From a virus (taxonomy: Duplodnaviria > Caudoviricetes): a stretch of 64,000 nucleotides of DNA. The translations under genes were made by a program, and so were the position numbers. The DNA is taken from positions 1-64,000 of the IMG/VR virus record IMGVR_UViG_3300014204_000128. One strand, 5' to 3'. Position 1 is the stretch's first letter. Every line of letters begins with the position of its first letter. The notes below the pieces were generated by a model. The model searched no databases. It was not told the origin of the DNA and saw only the letters and a list, made by a program, of their open reading frames with translations. Of this stretch, positions 40,115-48,709 are shown in pieces.

Positions 40115-40914
40115 AACTATTAAACAGTTTCTTCAAGAAGAAGGAAGTTGTGAACAGGTGGGGAGTAGCATTCCCACTATCACAGATATATGATAACCAC
40201 CACAGGATAAATAACATACTGGCTAATCTATACGTAGATATAGAAGACTTGGATGATGACGCATTCAATGAAATATACAAAAGGTTCTCAAAGAAGTACA
40301 GTCTGTTTATTAAATTACCAAAGTGGGTAAACGCATACAATACCGATAATGCATTATTTATAGAAACAATGCAAAAGGTAAAAGGTCTAGTAGGTAACTA
40401 TCCAGAAATAAAAGGAGTAGTGCTAGAACTCAGAATGTATTATGGTAATGAAAGTGAATGCTTGTATTCATTGAAAAATGTTTTGGTGAAAAGGCTGGCA
40501 ACTACACTGGTAAGAGAAGGTAAAAGTTTGTTCCTGGTAAATGGTGAAGTACCTAACGGGGCATCTAATGCGTTCTCACTTTCTAACATGATTAGTATAA
40601 AGAAGGATATCCCTGATGTCAAACTGGGGTTAAACTTGCAGAATGCGTACTGGACGGGTAACAGGGTACTTGACGTTTTCATAAAAGAAAACACGCTGGC
40701 TGGTTTTCCTGTTAACTTCGACATGGTTATACTCGGTGGTGTCAACGATAAGCTTGGTAATGTTGCTTTCGCATCCGAAGAAGACAAGTACACTATAGAA
40801 CAGTATACCAGTGTTCTTAAACAGTTCAAGAAAGCATTATTCATATATGACTGTGCTATAGAAGAAGTGTTAACGGTGCATGATATAATTAAGAAGGTAG
40901 ATGGAACAAGTTAA
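40111..40914 (+). CDS. Endonuclease IV/xylose-isomerase-like TIM barrel, apparently lacking metal ligands
   Basis: LFLVNG and KLGLNLQNAYWTG align by eye to ILLEN and GVCLDTCHAFAAG. Confidence 0.4.
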   Translation: MKLLNSFFKKKEVVNRWGVAFPLSQIYDNHHRINNILANLYVDIEDLDDDAFNEIYKRFSKKYSLFIKLPKWVNAYNTDNALFIETMQKVKGLVGNYPEIKGVVLELRMYYGNESECLYSLKNVLVKRLATTLVREGKSLFLVNGEVPNGASNAFSLSNMISIKKDIPDVKLGLNLQNAYWTGNRVLDVFIKENTLAGFPVNFDMVILGGVNDKLGNVAFASEEDKYTIEQYTSVLKQFKKALFIYDCAIEEVLTVHDIIKKVDGTS

Positions 40915-41398
40915 TTTTGATTTCGGCAGGGTCGTGGATAGATACACGTATTTACTTGCTCAATTACACGTTAAGATAAATGGTGGTGTTTACACGATAC
41001 TAAACTCGAATGAAAAGATAACGTACCACGGGTTGAATTACGCTAATGAGATTAGAAAACTACTAGCTGAATCTGTAGATCCTAAGTTGTCATACGTGGC
41101 ATTAAGGGACGCTGACAGGTACATAACGGATATACAGGAGATACGCCTAGATTGTATGTTGATGAGGTCTGAACTAAAATCTGTAGTAAACAGACCTGAA
41201 CTGACTAAGAATCCAGCAATATCAGGATACTACAAGGCTTTAAAACTGGCATTAGACACTGTATGTGATTACTTAGAGGTGTGTGATAAGCAATATTCAT
41301 ACATGACCGAGATACTATTTGGTGTCTCCCAGGTAAACGTGTCTATCAATAGGAGGTTTTTCGGGGGTTCAGACATGATGTATGATTACAAGAACTAA
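40901..41398 (+). CDS. Hypothetical protein
   Basis: ORF in operon. Confidence 0.6.
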   Translation: MEQVNFDFGRVVDRYTYLLAQLHVKINGGVYTILNSNEKITYHGLNYANEIRKLLAESVDPKLSYVALRDADRYITDIQEIRLDCMLMRSELKSVVNRPELTKNPAISGYYKALKLALDTVCDYLEVCDKQYSYMTEILFGVSQVNVSINRRFFGGSDMMYDYKN

Positions 41399-41408
41399 AT
41401 TTGACTAC

Positions 41409-41876
41409 ATGATAAATAGATTCACATTAATGGGATACGTAGGGAATGAACCCCAAGTATCAGTTGTGACAGGAGGACTACAACGAAGTGTTTTCTCAGT
41501 GGCAACAAGGGAAACATACATAAAGAAAGATGGGTCTCCACACGAAGAGACATCGTGGCATGATTGCGTGGCATGGGGTAAGGTCTCGGAAAACGTGGAG
41601 AAATTCGTGACAAAAGGCACACTAGTATTCATAGAGGGTTCCATAAGTTACTGGGAAGCAGAAAAAGACGGGGTGAAGATAAAAAGAGCAAGTGTCAAAG
41701 TAAACACATTCACGGTTGTAAAAAGTATGAAAGAAACAGGACAAAAACAAATAAGTGTTCCCACTGTATCACAACAAAAACAAGTAGACAACTCATTAGC
41801 TCTACCTAGTTTTGAAAACAATGGTGTGGTGACTACAAGGGTAAGCCCAGGTGAAGATATCGACTTACCATTTTAA
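41409..41876 (+). CDS. ssb: Single-stranded DNA-binding protein
   Basis: NRFTLMGYVGNEP, WHDCVAWG, KGTLVFIEG, C-terminal DIDLPF. Confidence 0.95.
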   Translation: MINRFTLMGYVGNEPQVSVVTGGLQRSVFSVATRETYIKKDGSPHEETSWHDCVAWGKVSENVEKFVTKGTLVFIEGSISYWEAEKDGVKIKRASVKVNTFTVVKSMKETGQKQISVPTVSQQKQVDNSLALPSFENNGVVTTRVSPGEDIDLPF

Positions 41877-41910
41877 CGTATAACAATAAAACAATTAATT
41901 TTTTTGACAT

Positions 41911-42900
41911 ATGAATACACAAGGTAATTATCCTGCATCAGTGCAGGAAGTGTCTATGGGTGTAGTTGTTTCACAGTATCCCGTAGAAATATACAGGGTG
42001 AGTGAAAATAACGTAGACTTGATGACAATCTTAACACAGAATCCCATTGTAACTAAAACCTATTACCACGACAAGATAGGTTTCAGGTTCCACGAGATTC
42101 CAGCAGCACTGCAACTAGGTCTTAAACCGTCTATCCATTATAATTTCCTAGCAGCAGTATGGAACGCAACTAAAGACGGAAAGAACATAGTAGACGGGTC
42201 GTACACGGTGGTACTTCTTAGACTAGCAGAAGAAATGTACAAACGCCTGGTTAAGAAGTTCGAATTAAACGGTGACCTTAGACAACTGGTATTACAAGTA
42301 TACCTTGAAGGTGAGGTAAAATACCAGAAGATGAACTTCGAGGTAGACACGCAGAAGAAACCACCTTATATGCTAGATCAAGCTTTATTTAACCAGGTTA
42401 AAGCTGATGTAATAGACATGAAGCAATACATCGTTCCCGTAGCAGGGGGCACAATCGATGAAGAACGTTTCTGGGAGTTGTGGAAGACAGAGGGTACTGC
42501 TGTAGAAAAGCAGAAAGAGCAGCAATTCAGTGGAAGGGGTATGGTAGGTGCAGGTAATCAACAACAGCAGGGTGGCTTCCAAAGAACGGTACAGCAGCAG
42601 AATAATATCCAACTCCCACAAAGTCAAGGTACACCAGCAAGCATGCTTAGACAAGAGGACTTCAATTTTGGTATGGGCGCACAACAGCAGCCACCATTAC
42701 AGCAATTTCAACCGCAACAACAGAACCAACAGCTCGTGCAACAGCAGCCACCATTACAGCAACAACCTCCTTTGCAGCAAGTTCAGCAGTTTCCAAACGG
42801 CGGTCAACCAGTATTTGACACGCATACTGTAATACATGAAGAAGTGCAACAGCAGCCATTATTTAATAAAATGGGTGACTTCAACTTTGAAACTCCCTAG
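41911..42900 (+). CDS. Protein with a folded N-terminal domain and a Gln/Pro-rich disordered tail
   Basis: About 130-aa Q-rich tail with QQQPPLQQ repeats. Confidence 0.75.
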   Translation: MNTQGNYPASVQEVSMGVVVSQYPVEIYRVSENNVDLMTILTQNPIVTKTYYHDKIGFRFHEIPAALQLGLKPSIHYNFLAAVWNATKDGKNIVDGSYTVVLLRLAEEMYKRLVKKFELNGDLRQLVLQVYLEGEVKYQKMNFEVDTQKKPPYMLDQALFNQVKADVIDMKQYIVPVAGGTIDEERFWELWKTEGTAVEKQKEQQFSGRGMVGAGNQQQQGGFQRTVQQQNNIQLPQSQGTPASMLRQEDFNFGMGAQQQPPLQQFQPQQQNQQLVQQQPPLQQQPPLQQVQQFPNGGQPVFDTHTVIHEEVQQQPLFNKMGDFNFETP

Positions 42901-42923
42901 ATAAATATTTCATATATTATTAT

Positions 42924-42957
42924 AAACCTGTACTTTATAAAAAGTACAGGTTTTTAT
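42924..42957 (+). terminator. Rho-independent terminator
   Basis: AAACCTGTACTTT-ATAA-AAAGTACAGGTTT followed by Ts. Confidence 0.85.
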
Positions 42958-42979
42958 TTAAAATTTTTTCAATAATTTA

Positions 42980-43034
42980 TATTAAATATCGTAACATTTC
43001 ATATATTTGTAACGTTAAAACAGTATAGAACGAA
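42980..43034 (+). promoter_or_regulatory. Repeated early-promoter element, copy 1 (TAnnTTTG)
   Basis: 54/55 identical to 52059-52113, contains TATATTTG. Confidence 0.8.
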
Positions 43035-43063
43035 GTAATGCTATCATTTAATATATAGGAATC

Positions 43064-43606
43064 ATGGAAACGACTAAATTATCGTTACAGCACTTTAGGG
43101 AAAAGAAACCTTTCAACACTAATAAAGGTTTGTCTGTTTTCAACATTACTGATATACTCGGTGATAATCCATACGAGATAGACTTTGACGTGTACTTGCC
43201 AACAAAGGGGTGTAACTTGCAAAGGGAGTTCTGCTGGACTCTATTGCAGAAACAAGAGTTTATACTGTCATTGCTAAAAGATATAACAATACCACCTTTC
43301 GCATTTATATGCTACGAACGTAAAGTATTCAGGGTAATAGATGGCAAACAAAGACTTGGAGCATGGATAGATTTCTGCAAGGGTATATTTCCGATAGAAG
43401 TAGACGGAAGTACATACTATTTTTCAGATTTAGATAACAGGTGCCAGGGTGAGCTCATGTTTTCAAGGTTTGTACAAGGAGATGTTGCTTACGAGTACGA
43501 AGGTCAACTCATATCAGATAATGACAAGATAGAGTGGTTCGATAGAATAAATTTCAAAGGAACCACTATGGATATAGAACACATGAAGAAATTAAAGGAG
43601 CTATGA
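43064..43606 (+). CDS. Stand-alone DUF262 (GmrSD N-terminal, ParB/Srx fold) protein
   Basis: LQREFCW, FILSLL...IPP, VIDGKQRL, FDRIN. Confidence 0.88.
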   Translation: METTKLSLQHFREKKPFNTNKGLSVFNITDILGDNPYEIDFDVYLPTKGCNLQREFCWTLLQKQEFILSLLKDITIPPFAFICYERKVFRVIDGKQRLGAWIDFCKGIFPIEVDGSTYYFSDLDNRCQGELMFSRFVQGDVAYEYEGQLISDNDKIEWFDRINFKGTTMDIEHMKKLKEL

Positions 43607-44055
43607 GAACACTAGTTAAACTAGATAGTAAATTATGGTACGAATACATACTCGCAGGGGACTCGTTCGTGACATTAAAAAGTCTAAGAACTGGTTCTGA
43701 AATGTCATATCACATACAGAAGCAAACAGCTATCAGGCATATACATCATGTAAGGTACAGGGTAGAAAGCAAGAAAGGGGCACAATACATATATGTAGGT
43801 ACTATATTCGATAAAAAGTTCTTTAGGTTGTCTGGAAAATCACGGGTAACCCTTGATTCAGTTATATACGTGGCATTCAACTACGTTATAGAGAAACTAA
43901 GGAATGGTGTAATAGACATGGGGGTTGAAATATACCATGAAGGCAAATGTGGCAGGTGTGGTAGGCGGTTAAACTCTGAAGAATCGATGAAAACAGGGTA
44001 TGGTTCAGATTGCGTAAGCAAAATAAAACACAAAATATTGTATAATATATCGTAA
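43603..44055 (+). CDS. DUF6011-like Zn-ribbon protein
   Basis: CGRCGRRL...ES...GYGSDC. Confidence 0.8.
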   Translation: MRTLVKLDSKLWYEYILAGDSFVTLKSLRTGSEMSYHIQKQTAIRHIHHVRYRVESKKGAQYIYVGTIFDKKFFRLSGKSRVTLDSVIYVAFNYVIEKLRNGVIDMGVEIYHEGKCGRCGRRLNSEESMKTGYGSDCVSKIKHKILYNIS

Positions 44056-44080
44056 CATTTCATATATTTGTAACGTTAAA
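44047..44080 (+). promoter_or_regulatory. Repeated early-promoter element, copy 2
   Basis: 34 nt identical to the core of copy 1. Confidence 0.8.
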
Positions 44081-44103
44081 CAAGTATATATAAATTAGAA
44101 ATC

Positions 44104-44334
44104 ATGGCAAAACAAGGTACATTAAAAGTAGGAGACATCGTAACTATGAAAAACATACGATTTCATGGTAATACAGAAGGTGTAATAAAAGAACTTAATG
44201 TAAAAGACAAACAAGGTTTTATATGTGTACTGGTCAAGTGGGGAGACATGTCTGAAAAAGGATGGTTTCAAAATGGTATAATACAAGAATATGATTTGGA
44301 ACTGGCAAATGTTAAAAGGTGTAATATTTATTAA
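44104..44334 (+). CDS. Small SH3/KOW-like protein
   Basis: LKVGDIV...GVI...VLVKW. Confidence 0.6.
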   Translation: MAKQGTLKVGDIVTMKNIRFHGNTEGVIKELNVKDKQGFICVLVKWGDMSEKGWFQNGIIQEYDLELANVKRCNIY

Positions 44335-44367
44335 ATATGTTAATTTATACAAAGAAGCGGGTTAATC

Positions 44368-44934
44368 ATGGAAACGACTAAAAATAACGTGGCACTATTA
44401 GTGCATGACATAATGGACTGTGACTTAAACTGTAATACTGAACTAGACATGGTCAACAAATTAATAAGGTGGGTCTACTCAGGAGGGTTACTAAATGAAA
44501 TTGAATTAGAAGTCAAAAGACTAGGTGATACATTTAATGACTACTATTCCAATGATTGTATTATCATTGCAGAAAAATTAAAAAAAGAAATACATGCACA
44601 AGCATACACAGATGATGACATTGCTAACATCATTGTTATGGAAGCCCATGTTCGTTACGGGTACTGTGTTGAAAACTTCATACAACTAAGGAAACACGGG
44701 TTATTGAAACTACTAAGAAGTTTTAGTACTAAACTAGTTGGGGACATACAAGAAGTATTGACAATTGGTAGGTACACTGTAGTTAAGACATTTAAAGGAA
44801 CTCACTTAAAGTATTATTCCATTGTTGAGGATGAACTGGTAAATACACAAAGTAATACACTGGAAGAAGCATTGTGTTACTGCTTGAATGAGACATACGC
44901 AGCAGCAATGTACACACTAGTAAGTGCAAAATAG
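44368..44934 (+). CDS. Hypothetical protein
   Basis: Start region ATCATGGAAACGACTAAA identical to that of the 43064 gene. Confidence 0.7.
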   Translation: METTKNNVALLVHDIMDCDLNCNTELDMVNKLIRWVYSGGLLNEIELEVKRLGDTFNDYYSNDCIIIAEKLKKEIHAQAYTDDDIANIIVMEAHVRYGYCVENFIQLRKHGLLKLLRSFSTKLVGDIQEVLTIGRYTVVKTFKGTHLKYYSIVEDELVNTQSNTLEEALCYCLNETYAAAMYTLVSAK

Positions 44935-45246
44935 ATGGAACTCAGGTGGAAACTAGTCAGTTACAAATTGAAGGACAGTGCAACAAGGTCAGGTAAAGAA
45001 TTGTATGCAGGCCTGATAAAGGTAGCAGAATACAGGTGGTTAGTAAAAGCACCAGCAGGTTCAGGATACCAGTTCATTTGCCAGGTACACTTGCCAGGAA
45101 TACAAGGTGTATCATATTTTAAAGGGAAAGAAGAATGTGAGAAATTCATGGTGACATCAACAATTAACTGGTTTAATTTAACAGTAAAAAAGTATGAAAG
45201 AGACAGGGAAAGCTACTGTGTTTTACAAAGTGTTAAAATTCATTAA
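44935..45246 (+). CDS. Hypothetical protein
   Basis: Coupled ORF. Confidence 0.6.
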   Translation: MELRWKLVSYKLKDSATRSGKELYAGLIKVAEYRWLVKAPAGSGYQFICQVHLPGIQGVSYFKGKEECEKFMVTSTINWFNLTVKKYERDRESYCVLQSVKIH

Positions 45247-45409
45247 GGTAAAAGAAGACGGGTCATACGTAAGGGTAGCAATTTTTACAGACAAGAACAG
45301 TAATGTTAGTATTGTAAGGGTATCAGATGATAAACTTACAGAAGGACTTAGATACAATTGTAAACTAGAAGCAAAACCAACTAGGTATGTGCAACGAATA
45401 CAGGTATGA
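45194..45409 (+). CDS. Hypothetical protein
   Basis: ORF. Confidence 0.5.
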   Translation: MKETGKATVFYKVLKFIKVKEDGSYVRVAIFTDKNSNVSIVRVSDDKLTEGLRYNCKLEAKPTRYVQRIQV

Positions 45410-45845
45410 AGAACCTTGCAAAAGCTTGGTTACTTTCTACAATAAAGTATGGTACGGGGTAAACAAGGTGGCACCAGAACTGATAAAAAGCAGGTATTTC
45501 TCCGGTAAGGAGGAGGGACAGACAAGATCGTTCTGGCAGAGGGTAGCAACGGGTTCACTAGTTCATACAGTAGGCAACTTGCATATAGAATCTGACATAC
45601 ACTCAGGTATAAGAGTGTTCAGATTACAGGTAGGTGAAAAGACTAATATCCCAAAAATGGTATCAACAGGGGAAGGATTCGATGGAAGCGCATACATATT
45701 CAGGGGTAAGAAGCAAGTTGGGTATATAAGCATAACAAAACTACAAGATGGTTCAGACAAATTCGCAGCAGATATAGCAAAAGAAGGTAAGTTCGACAAA
45801 AGTGAATTAACGGTACGTAAGACATGGGATAGTATAAATGTATAA
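45387..45845 (+). CDS. Hypothetical protein
   Basis: ORF. Confidence 0.55.
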   Translation: MCNEYRYEEPCKSLVTFYNKVWYGVNKVAPELIKSRYFSGKEEGQTRSFWQRVATGSLVHTVGNLHIESDIHSGIRVFRLQVGEKTNIPKMVSTGEGFDGSAYIFRGKKQVGYISITKLQDGSDKFAADIAKEGKFDKSELTVRKTWDSINV

Positions 45846-45906
45846 TTACAGTATGAAACTCTCCCAGAATGTCTGATTTTAATAGACAACTATAAATTAT
45901 ACAGAT

Positions 45907-46113
45907 ATGGAAACAAGTGTAAAAGGTTATTACTACAACGCTGGTAACAATCAAGCGGTATTCGTACCGATACTAGATATAGGTCCTGAACTGGATGGAT
46001 ACACGTTCACGTGTACAAGAAACACAGGTAAGTTATGGGTGTGTACAGAAGACTTGTGGTTGACGGAAGAAAATGCATTAATTAACAGGGTAGCATTAAT
46101 CATGAACAACTAA
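45907..46113 (+). CDS. Hypothetical protein
   Basis: ORF. Confidence 0.55.
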   Translation: METSVKGYYYNAGNNQAVFVPILDIGPELDGYTFTCTRNTGKLWVCTEDLWLTEENALINRVALIMNN

Positions 46114-46157
46114 CATTATTCAACGATATTCATTAATTTTTACAATAATGTTTAAAG

Positions 46158-47285
46158 ATGAAAGAGAAATTTGAAAATAGACGGTTAACTGGCAAGTTAC
46201 GGGTTAAACTAGAAAGAGATGACCACGATTGTGGTAAGTACTGGGAAGCAGACAAGCAACAAGTTATTAACTGCATAATCTCAGTGTTGAAAGACTACAA
46301 GTCACAGGGTTATATCCTAACATTGAGACAGCTGTATTACCAACTGGTTTCAAAGAATATAATGCCCAATGATAATATCTGTTACAGTAAACTTTCCTCG
46401 TTGCTTGATGACTGTAGATACTCAGGTGTTGTTGACTGGGACTCCATAGAAGATAGAGGCAGGGTTCCTTACACGCCATACTTTGAAAACTCAGTAAAAG
46501 AAGCATTGCAAAGAACAATAGATTGCTACAAGCTAGACAAGAGGTTAGGTCAGGATGTATACGTGGAACTATGGTCTGAGAAAGATGCAATCTCTAACAT
46601 ACTGAAGGAGACAGTTAAGGATTACACTCTAACGGTAGGTATAAACAAGGGTTTCGCAAGTTCCACGGCAATGTACAACGCATACATGCGATTCATGCCA
46701 ATGATGCTAGAAGGGAAGAAGGTAGTGGTTCTGTACGCAGGTGACCATGACCCTAGTGGTCTGGACATGGTACGTGATATCAGGGAACGCTTGGAATACT
46801 TTATGTCCAAGGGTTCATACAAGACAAAACTATGGGATGAATACATTCAAAGAAACGGGGATACATCTATTGTAAACATTATGTTTGACAGGTATCCAGA
46901 ATTAGTAGGAAGGTGTAAAGAAATCATACCAAAAGAAGATGATGATGAAATGTCAGATGAAGCATACGAAGAATTGGTGCAGATACAAGCTCTTTGCGTG
47001 GTTAAAGAATACTTTGTTGTTAAGCCGATATGCTTGACAAGGGAACAGATAGATTACTATAACTTACCACCAAACCCTGCTAAAATCTCTGATCCTCGTG
47101 CAAAGAAATACATAGAAGAACACGGTGATGTATCGTGGGAGGTTGACGCATTAAGTCCAAGAATACTCAGATCTATTATACTGGAAGCAGTTAAAGAATG
47201 TATAGATATGGACAAGTATGAAGAGGTAATAATACAAGAAGAAAAGGATATAGAAATTATAAGGGGTTATATTGCTAATATGTAA
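46158..47285 (+). CDS. Topoisomerase VI subunit A/Spo11-like protein (winged helix + TOPRIM)
   Basis: TLRQLYY, ELWSEKDA, KGFAS, GDHDPSG, WEVDAL. Confidence 0.8.
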   Translation: MKEKFENRRLTGKLRVKLERDDHDCGKYWEADKQQVINCIISVLKDYKSQGYILTLRQLYYQLVSKNIMPNDNICYSKLSSLLDDCRYSGVVDWDSIEDRGRVPYTPYFENSVKEALQRTIDCYKLDKRLGQDVYVELWSEKDAISNILKETVKDYTLTVGINKGFASSTAMYNAYMRFMPMMLEGKKVVVLYAGDHDPSGLDMVRDIRERLEYFMSKGSYKTKLWDEYIQRNGDTSIVNIMFDRYPELVGRCKEIIPKEDDDEMSDEAYEELVQIQALCVVKEYFVVKPICLTREQIDYYNLPPNPAKISDPRAKKYIEEHGDVSWEVDALSPRILRSIILEAVKECIDMDKYEEVIIQEEKDIEIIRGYIANM

Positions 47286-47288
47286 GGT

Positions 47289-47837
47289 ATGAAATTTGAA
47301 GAATGGTTCAATAAAGCTATTATAGTATCACAGACACCTAACAACTCTGTAGGGTGGTTCTTAGAAAAATACAGTAATGTAGACGTGGTTATAAACGTTT
47401 CAGATGACATCTCATTTGAAATCTATAGACGCATGACAGGTACAGGTAAGGAATACTGGTGGTTTCCTATGAACGAGCGTATGAAAGACATGGGTCTAAA
47501 TTCAATTTACGGGGCTATGCTAGTAATGGCTGAAGCTGAGTTGACTAGTAAAACTGTATTCCTACATTGTATCGGTGGTGTGAATAGATCTCAGTTAGTT
47601 AATCAATGTTACTATTATATAAGGACAGGTAGACATTACACTGATGAACACTGTAAGGACACACGGTGGGTAAACGAAATAGAACGAGCATGTAATCGTG
47701 GTTACCTGCCACCATTCGCTGAACTATCTGATTTTTTACTAACTATCAGTGACAAGATAGGTGTACAGGTTAAAGAAAAGAAACTGCATGGTGGGTTCTT
47801 AACCAAAGCAAAGATAGACACAATTCATAATTTTTAA
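47289..47837 (+). CDS. Dual-specificity/tyrosine phosphatase
   Basis: CX5R motif HCIGGVNRS. Confidence 0.85.
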   Translation: MKFEEWFNKAIIVSQTPNNSVGWFLEKYSNVDVVINVSDDISFEIYRRMTGTGKEYWWFPMNERMKDMGLNSIYGAMLVMAEAELTSKTVFLHCIGGVNRSQLVNQCYYYIRTGRHYTDEHCKDTRWVNEIERACNRGYLPPFAELSDFLLTISDKIGVQVKEKKLHGGFLTKAKIDTIHNF

Positions 47838-47841
47838 ATGT

Positions 47842-48297
47842 ATGCCTATAACGGATATAAAATACGGTGTTCCCATAACAGAAAACAAGTGTATGGACTT
47901 GATATATGCTAGAGGTCATGTCTCAGGTGAACTGATAAAGAATATCGTTTTTACGGTACTGGATGACCACATGAATATGTTATTCAATCCTAACCTAAAT
48001 ATAGCGAAGTCACTCGGTGAGGTTCATTACTCATTAGACAGGACGTTGGAATTGTTGAGGTATGTCAAGGGAAACACTCCATTTGATTTTAAGATAGACA
48101 TGGTAGACTTTCACATGGTCGACGGTGAGTGGGAGTATGTCGCAAGTGTCAGGTATGAGATAAAGATTTTCGGAAGTCACAGTATGACAGACAACGGTAC
48201 TGTATTCTATAAAAAACAACTCACTGCAGATGATTGGAAGAACCAGTTAGAGCCACGTATTATGCGTGTGGTTAATAACTATTTACAAAAATATTAG
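47842..48297 (+). CDS. Hypothetical protein
   Basis: ORF. Confidence 0.6.
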   Translation: MPITDIKYGVPITENKCMDLIYARGHVSGELIKNIVFTVLDDHMNMLFNPNLNIAKSLGEVHYSLDRTLELLRYVKGNTPFDFKIDMVDFHMVDGEWEYVASVRYEIKIFGSHSMTDNGTVFYKKQLTADDWKNQLEPRIMRVVNNYLQKY

Positions 48298-48315
48298 TAA
48301 ATAGTTGTAAAAAGG

Positions 48316-48346
48316 TTTGTTTGTATGTAACCTTTTACTACTTTTG
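48316..48346 (+). promoter_or_regulatory. Bacteroidota sigma-A-type promoter
   Basis: TTTG-N19-TACTTTTG. Confidence 0.6.
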
Positions 48347-48380
48347 TGGTACAAACAAGTATATTTAAAGATACAAAAGT

Positions 48381-48617
48381 ATGGCAACAAGAGAAGACTT
48401 CAAACTGGTAAGACCAGACAGTCACATGGTAGTAAATCCAGTAAGAGGGTATACTCACACGATAGATGGTATACACTTCTTACTGGAAAAAGCGCTGGTA
48501 GCTTTTCCATCACTACGATTAAAAGAATGCCCACATTGTCGGGCACTCGAAAAAAGACTCTCATCAGGGGAATATAAAGCTGTAAAAGGCGCATCATCAT
48601 TAGATCATTGTTTATAA
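48381..48617 (+). CDS. Small hypothetical protein with CxxC
   Basis: Follows the promoter and an A-rich leader. Confidence 0.55.
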   Translation: MATREDFKLVRPDSHMVVNPVRGYTHTIDGIHFLLEKALVAFPSLRLKECPHCRALEKRLSSGEYKAVKGASSLDHCL

Positions 48618-48709
48618 GGACTAAATTTTACCAATTGCTACATTTAATGTAGACATACTGCACTAGTATAGGGTTACAATGATATAAATAACAAATACAT
48701 ACAGATAAT

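Noticed and set aside
46158-47285. DnaG catalytic subunit or Wadjet JetD
   Set aside because: Winged-helix YY plus TOPRIM fits the Topo VIA-like family. There are no DnaG motifs and no jetABC neighbours.
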